From the NCBI RefSeq assembly GCF_009914755.1, contig NC_060948.1: 64,000 nucleotides of DNA, one strand, 5' to 3'. The position numbers and the translations under genes are program-made. Positions 56,390 through 64,000 of this stretch are shown here, piece after piece. Each line of letters starts with the position of its first letter. Positions within the stretch are counted from its first letter, which is position 1. The notes below the pieces were generated by a model that was given only the letters and a program-made list of their open reading frames with translations, did not search any database and was not told the DNA's origin. The stretch is from the human T2T-CHM13v2.0 reference genome, Homo sapiens.

Positions 56390-59300
56390 TGGACTCCAAT
56401 GGAATGGATTGAAAAGGAATGGAATTGTACGGAATGGAATCTAATGGAATGGAATTAAATGGAAATGAATGAAATTGAATAGCACGGAATTGAATTGAAT
56501 GGAATCGAATGCAATGGAATCTAATGAAACGGAAAGGAAAGGAATGGAATGGAATGGAATGGGCTGGAATGGAAAGGAATCGAAACGAATGGAATGGAAT
56601 CGAACTGAAGAGACTGGAATGGAATGCACTGGAATGGAAGGGAGTGTAATGGAAGGTTCTCGAAAAAAATGGAATCGAATGGAATGGAATTGAATGGAAC
56701 GGAATAGAGTCGAATGGAATTGAATGGAATGGAATGGACTAGAGTGAAATGGAATCGAACCACAAGGAATGGACAGGAATAGAATGGTCTCGAATTGAAT
56801 GGAATCGTATGGAATGGCATCAAACGGAATGGAATTGACAGCCACGGAATGGAATGCACTCGAATGCAATGGAGTCGAACCTAATGGACTGGAATAGAAT
56901 GGACTCGACTGGTACGGACTCCAATGGAATGGAATCGAATGGAAGGGAATCGAACGGAATGGACTCGAAGGGAAAAGACTGCAATGGAAAGGTCTCGAAT
57001 GGAATGGAAATTAATGGAATGGAATGGAATCGAATGAAATGGAGTCAAAAGGAATGGAATCGAATGGCAAGAAATCGAATGTAATGGAATCGCAAGGAAT
57101 TGATGTGAACGGAACGGAATGGAATGGAATCCAAAGAAATGGAATAGAATGGAATGGAATCGAATGGAAAGAACTCGAATGGAAATCACTCGAATAGAAT
57201 GCAATTTAATAAAATAGGATGAAATGTAATTGAATGGAATGGAAAGGAATCGAAACGAAAGGAATGGAGACAGATGGAATGGAATGGAACAGAGAGCAAT
57301 GGTATAGAATGGAATGGAATCATCTGGAATGGAATTGAATGGAATGGAATAATAAGAAATGGAATGGAATGGAATGGATTGCCCTTGAATTAAATGGACT
57401 GGAATGGAATGGACTCGAACAGAGTGGAATGGAATGTGTTGAGATAGAATGGAATGGACTCCTTTGGAATGGTCTAGTATGCAATGCAATCGACTGGCAG
57501 GGAATCAAAAGGAATGTAATCGAATGGATTGGACTGGAATGCAATGGACTCGAATAGATTGGAAACGGAATGCAAAGGAATGGAATGGAATAGTATGGAA
57601 TGGAATGGAAAGGAATGGAGTGGAATAGACTAGAGTGGAATGGAATGGACTCGAAAGCAATGGACTGGAATGGAACTTTCTTGAATGGACTGGAATCAAA
57701 CGGAATGGAATGCAATGCAATCAAATGGCATGGAATAAAATAGAATGAAAGAGAATCAAATGGAATTGAATCGAATGCAATCCAATGGATTGGAAAGGAA
57801 TAGAATGGAATGGAATGGAATTGACTCAAATGGAATGGACTAGAATGGAATGGATTCGAATGGAAGGCAAAGGAATGGAATCTATCGGAATGGACAGCAA
57901 TGGAATGGAAAGGAAGGGATTGGAATGGACTCGAATGGAATGGACTGCAATAGAAAGGATTCGAATGGAATGAAAAAGAATTGAATGGAATAGAACAGAA
58001 TGGAATCAAATCGAATGAAATGGAATGGAATAGAAAGGAATGGAATGAAATGGAATGGAAAGGATTCGAATGGAATGCAATCGAATGGAATGGAATCGAA
58101 CGGAATGGAATAAAATGGAAGAAAACTGGCAAGAAATGGAATCGAAATGAATGGAGTGTTATGGAACGGACTCCAAAGGAATTGAATGTAATAGAATGGA
58201 GTGGAGTGGACTCGAATATAATGGACTGGAATGGAATGAAATCACATGGAATGGGAACGAATGGAATGGAATGGAAAGGAATGGAATCGAATGGAAAGGA
58301 ATCGAATGGAAGGGAATGAAATTGAATCAACAGGAATGGAAGGGAATAGAATAGACGGTAATGGAATGGACTCGAATAGAATGGACACGAATGCTCAAAT
58401 TGAATGGACTCGAATGGAATGGAAACGAAAGGAATGTCATCGAATGGAATTGAATCGATTGGAATGAAATCGCATAGAATGGAGTGGAATCAAATGGAAT
58501 TGAATCGAAAGGAAAGGAAGCGAATGGACTGAAATGAAATGGAATGGAATTGAATGGAAAGTAAAGCAATGGAATAGAATGGAACGAAATTTCACGGAAT
58601 GGAATCAAACTGAATGGAATCAAATCAATGGAATATAATCAAATGGAATGGAAAGGAATTGAATGGAGTAGATGGGATTGGATGGGATTGGAATGAAATG
58701 TACTGGAAAGGACTCGAATTTCATGAAACGGAATGGAATGAATTGGAACGGAATGGACTCGAATGGAATGGAATGTCATGGAATGGCATCAAATGGAATG
58801 GCATCAAATGGAATGGAATCGAATGCAATGGAATGCTATGGAATGGAATGGAATGCATTGGAATGGAATGTCCTCTAATGGAATGGATTCGAGTGGAATG
58901 GAATCGAATATAATGGAGTCGAATGAAATGGAATTGAAAGGAATGGGATCGAATACAATGGAATATACTGGAATGTAATGTAATGAACTCGAATGTAATT
59001 GACTGGAATGGAATGTACATGAATGGAATGTAATCGAATGGAAAGTAATCCAATGGAATAGAATCTAATGCAATAAAATCGACTCAGATAGAGTAGAATG
59101 TAATGGAATGGAGTGCAGTGCAATGGAATGGAATGGAATGGAATGCAATGGAATGGAATGGAATGGGATGGAATGGTATGGAATGGATAGTAATGGACTG
59201 GAGTGAAATGGACTGGAAAGGAATGGACTCAAATTGAAAGGGCTCGAAAGGAATGGAGTCAAATGGAATGGTCTGGAATGGAATGAACACGAATGTAATG

Positions 59301-59923
59301 CAATCCAATAGAATGGAATCGAATGGCATGGAATATAAAGAAATGGAATCGAAGAGAATGGAAACAAACGGAATGGAATTGAATGGAATGGAATTGAATG
59401 GAATGGGAACGAATGGAGTGAAATTGTATGCAGTAGAAGAGAATAGAATGGAATGCAAGCGAAAGGAAAGGAATGGATTGGAATGGAATGGAATTCATTG
59501 GAATGGAAGGGAATGTAGTGTAATGGACAGGCCTGGAATAAAGTGGAATGCTACGGTCTCGAATGGAATAAAAATGTATGGAATGGAATGCAATGAAACG
59601 GAATCGAATGTCATAGAATGTAATGGAATGCAAAAAAATGGACTCCAAAATCATTGACTGGAAAGGCTGGGTGTCGAAAGGAATTGACTCCAATGGAATG
59701 GAATCGAATGGAATGGAAGTGAATAGAATCGAACTAAATCGAATGGAATGGAATTGATAGGAACGGAATGGAAAGGAATGAAATGATTTGGCATGGAATG
59801 GAATCGAATGGCATCGAATGGAATGGAATGGAATGCAATGCAATGGAATGTATTAGAATGTAATGAACTTTAATGGAATGTACTCGAATGGATTCGACTG
59901 GAATGGAATGTTCTGGAAGTGAA
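56390..59923 (+). repeat. DYZ1 unit U17 (3534 bp)
   Basis: Landmark spacing; 15-bp duplication present. Confidence 0.9.
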
Positions 59924-62900
59924 TGGACTCCAATGGAATGGATTGAAAAGGAATGGAATTGTACGGAATGGAATCTAACGGAATGGAATTAAATGGAAAT
60001 GAATCAAATTGAATAGCACGGAATTGAATTGAATGGAATGGAATGCAATGGAATCTAATGAAACGGAAAGGAAAGGAATGGAATGGAATGGAATGGGCTG
60101 GAATGGAAAGGAATCGAAACGAATGGAATGGAATCGAACTGAAGAGACTGGAATGGAATGCACTGGAATGGAAGGGAGTGTAATGGAAGGTTCTCGAAAA
60201 AAATGGAATCGAATGGAATGGAATTGAATGGAACGGAATAGAGTCGAATGGAATTGAATGGAATGGAATGGACTAGAGTGAAATGGAATCGAACCACAAG
60301 GAATGGACAGGAATAGAATGGTCTCGAATTGAATGGAATCGTATGGAATGGCATCAAACGGAATGGAATGGACAGCCACGGAATGGAATGCACTCGAATG
60401 CAATGGAGTCGAACCTAATGGACTGGAATAGAATGGACTCGACTGGTACGGACTCCAATGGAATGGAATCGAATGGAAGGGAATCGAACGGAATGGACTC
60501 GAAGGGAAAAGACTGCAATGGAAAGGTCTCGAATGGAATGGAAATTAATGGAATGGAATGGAATCGAATGAAATGGAGTCAAAAGGAATGGAATCGAATG
60601 GCAAGAAATCGAATGTAATGGAATCGCAAGGAATTGATGTGAACGGAACGGAATGGAATGGAATCCAAAGGAATGGAATAGAATGGAATGGAATCGAATG
60701 GAAAGGACTCGAATGGAAATCACTCGAATAGAATGCAATTTAATAAAATAGGATGAAATGTAATGGAATGGAATGGAAAGGAATCGAAACGAAAGGAATG
60801 GAGACAGATGGAATGGAATGGAACAGAGAGCAATGGTATAGAATGGAATGGAATCATCTGGAATGGAATTGAATGGAATGGAATAATATGAAATGGAATG
60901 GAATGGAATGGAATGCCCTTGAATTAAATGGACTGGAATGGAATGGACTCGAACAGAGTGGAATGGAATGTGTTGAGATAGAATGGAATGGACTCCTTTG
61001 GAATGGTCTAGTATGCAATGCAATCGACTGGCAGGGAATCAAAAGGAATGTAATCGAATGGATTGGACTGGAATGCAATGGACTCGAATAGATTGGAAAC
61101 GGAATGCAAAGGAATGGAATGGAATAGTATGGAATGGAATGGAAAGGAATGGAGTGGAATAGACTAGAGTGGAATGGAATGGACTCGAAAGCAATGGACT
61201 GGAATGGAACTTTCTTGAATGGACTGGAATCAAACGGAATGGAATGCAATGCAATCAAATGGCATGGAATAAAATAGAATGAAAGAGAATCAAATGGAAT
61301 TGAATCGAATGGAATCGAATGGATTGGAAAGGAATAGAATGGAATGGAATGGAATTGACTCAAATGGAATGGACTAGAATGGAATGGATTCGAATGGAAG
61401 GCAAAGGAATGGAATCTATTGGAATGGACAGCAATGGAATGGAAAGGAAGGGATTGGAATGGACTCGAATGGAATGGACTGCAATAGAAAGGATTCGAAT
61501 GGAATGAAAAAGAATTGAATGGAATAGAACAGAATGGAATCAAATCGAATGAAATGGAATGGAATAGAAAGGAATGGAATGAAATGGAATGGAAAGGATT
61601 CGAATGGAATGCAATCGAATGGAATGGAATCGAACGGAATGGAATAAAATGGAAGAAAACTGGCAAGAAATGGAATCGAAATGAATGGAGTGTTATGGAA
61701 CGGACTCCAAAGGAATTGAATGTAATAGAATGGAGTGGAGTGGACTCGAATATAATGGACTGGAATGGAATGAAATCACATGGAATGGGAACGAATGGAA
61801 TGGAATGGAAAGGAATGGAATCGAATGGAAAGGAATCGAATGGAAGGGAATGAAATTGAATCAACAGGAATGGAAGGGAATAGAATAGACGGTAATGGAA
61901 TGGACTCGAATAGAATGGACACGAATGCTCAAATTGAATGGACTCGAATGGAATGGAAACGAAAGGAATGTCATCGAATGGAATTGAATCGATTGGAATG
62001 AAATCGCATAGAATGGAGTGGAATCAAATGGAATTGAATCGAAAGGAAAGGAAGCGAATGGACTGAAATGAAATGGAATGGAATTGAATGGAAAGTAAAG
62101 CAATGGAATAGAATGGAACGAAATTTCACGGAATGGAATCAAACTGAATGGAATCAAATCAATGGAATATAATCAAATGGAATGGAAAGGAATTGAATGG
62201 AGTAGATGGGATTGGATGGGATTGGAATGAAATGTACTGGAAAGGACTCGAATTTCATGAAACGGAATGGAATGAATTGGAACGGAATGGACTCGAATGG
62301 AATGGAATGTCATGGAATGGCATCAAATGGAATGGCATCAAATGGAATGGAATCGAATGCAATGGAATGCTATGGAACGGAATGGAATGCATTGGAATGG
62401 AATGTCCTCTAATGGAATGGATTCGAGTGGAATGGAATCGAATATAATGGAGTCGAATGAAATGGAATTGAAAGGAATGGGATCGAATACAATGGAATAT
62501 ACTGGAATGTAATGTAATGAACTCGAATGTAATTGACTGGAATGGAATGTACATGAATGGAATGTAATCGAATGGAAAGTAATCCAATGGAATAGAATCT
62601 AATGCAAGAAAATCGACTCAGATAGAGTAGAATGTAATGGAATGGAGTGCAGTGCAATGGAATGGAATGGAATGGAATGCAATGGAATGGAATGGAATGG
62701 GATGGAATGGTATGGAATGGAATGGAATGGAATGGAATGGGATGGAATGGTATGGAATGGATAGTAATGGACTGGAGTGAAATGGACTGGAAAGGAATGG
62801 ACTCAAATTAAAAGGGCTCGAAAGGAATGGAGTCAAATGGAATGGTCTGGAATGGAATGAACACGAATGTAATGCAATCCAATAGAATGGAATCGAATGG

Positions 62901-63497
62901 CATGGAATATAAAGAAATGGAATCGAAGAGAATGGAAACAAACGGAATGGAATTGAATGGAATGGAATTGAATGGAATGGGAACGAATGGAGTGAAATTG
63001 TATGCAGTAGAAGAGAATAGAATGGAATGCAAGCGAAAGGAAAGGAATGGATTGGAATGGAATGGAATTCATTGGAATGGAAGGGAATGTAGTGTAATGG
63101 ACAGGCCTGGAATAAAGTGGAATGCTACGGTCTCGAATGGAATAAAAATGTATGGAATGGAATGCAATGAAACGGAATCGAATGTCATAGAATGTAATGG
63201 AATGCAAAAAAATGGACTCCAAAATCATTGACTGGAAAGGCTGGGTGTCGAAAGGAATTGACTCCAATGGAATGGAATCGAATGGAATGGAAGTGAATAG
63301 AATCGAACTAAATCGAATGGAATGGAATTGATAGGAACGGAATGGAAAGGAATGAAATGATTTGGCATGGAATGGAATCGAATGGCATCGAATGGAATGG
63401 AATGGAATGCAATGCAATGGAATGTATTAGCATGTAATGAACTTTAATGGAATGTACTCGAATGGATTCGACTGGAATGGAATGTTCTGGAAGTGAA
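59924..63497 (+). repeat. DYZ1 unit U18 (3574 bp; long class plus a private 40-bp duplication)
   Basis: Spacing 3574; 62681-62720 is repeated exactly at 62721-62760. Confidence 0.9.
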
Positions 63498-64000
63498 TGG
63501 ACTCCAATGGAATGGATTGAAAAGGAATGGAATCGTACGGAATGGAATCTAATGGAATGGAATTAAATGGAAATGAATCAAATTGAATAGCACGGAATTG
63601 AATTGAATGGAATCGAATGCAATGGAATCTAATGAAACGGAAAGGAAAGGAATGGAATGGAATGGAATGGGCTGGAATGGAAAGGAATCGAAACGCATGG
63701 AATGGAATCGAACTGAAGAGACTGGAATGGAATGCAGTGGAATGGAAGGGAGTTTAATGGAAGGTTCTCGAAAAAAATGGAATCGAATGGAATGGAATTG
63801 AATGGAACGGAATAGAGTCGAATGGAATTGAATGGAATGGAATGGACTAGAGTGAAATGGAATCGAACCACAAGGAATGGACAGGAATAGAATGGTCTCG
63901 AATTGAATGGAATCGTATGGAATGGCATCAAACGGAATGGAATGGACAGCCACGGAATGGAATGCACTCGAATGCAATGGAGTCGAACCTAATGGACTGG
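63498..64000 (+). repeat. DYZ1 unit U19 (partial, cut by the window end)
   Basis: Collinear with positions 1-503. Confidence 0.9.

Larger units (their letters stand above)
1..64000 (+). repeat. DYZ1: Human Satellite III (HSat3) tandem array, DYZ1 family (Yq12 heterochromatin), ~3.5-kb higher-order repeat of diverged GGAAT pentamers
   Basis: Continuous GGAAT/CATTC pentamers. Unique landmark strings (GGACAGGCCTGGAATAAAGTGG, AAGGCTGGGTGTCG, GGTTCTCGAAAAAAATGG) recur every ~3.52-3.53 kb. One GGCC and one GAATTC per unit, as in the classic 3.4-kb HaeIII/EcoRI male-specific repeat. The segment GGAATTCATTGGAATGGAAGGGAATGTAGTGTAATGGACAGG matches, from memory, the DYZ1 reference unit. Confidence 0.96.

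Noticed and set aside
52-63977. Hundreds of ORFs (up to 336 aa; MEWNG- and FHSIP-rich)
   Set aside because: These are the obligatory translations of (GGAAT)n/(ATTCC)n, which lack stop codons. They overlap in all frames, are low-complexity, repeat with each unit and are freely broken by frameshifts and stops.
1-64000. CRISPR-like or other prokaryotic repeat-spacer system
   Set aside because: There are no unique spacers or cas-like genes; whole 3.5-kb units are near-identical eukaryotic satellite.
1-64000. HSat2 identity, DYZ2/Alu/L1 insertion, or strand inversion
   Set aside because: It lacks the regular HSat2 CATTCGATTC/ATGATG periodicity. I saw no AT-rich DYZ2, Alu or L1 sequence and no switch to CATTC on the + strand, and unit spacing leaves no room for insertions.

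Overview
The whole 64-kb window is one uninterrupted tandem array of human Satellite III, (GGAAT)n on the + strand. It is organised as ~3.5-kb higher-order units matching the Y-chromosome Yq12 DYZ1 family, with one HaeIII/StuI site and one EcoRI site per unit. There are 18 complete head-to-tail units (3504-3574 bp; modal 3519 and 3534 bp) plus a partial 19th, with phase set arbitrarily at position 1. I see no genes, transposons, inversions or DYZ2/Alu junctions, and all listed ORFs are translation artefacts of the pentamer. The informative signal lies in the variants: three canonical heat-shock elements per unit, a recent one-unit tandem duplication whose breakpoints are out of phase with my unit boundary, traces of longer-range duplications, mosaic (recombinant or converted) units, and pentamer-multiple indels. 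Variant comparisons were made by eye with help from the ORF track, not by computed alignment. No protein-coding novel system is supported.
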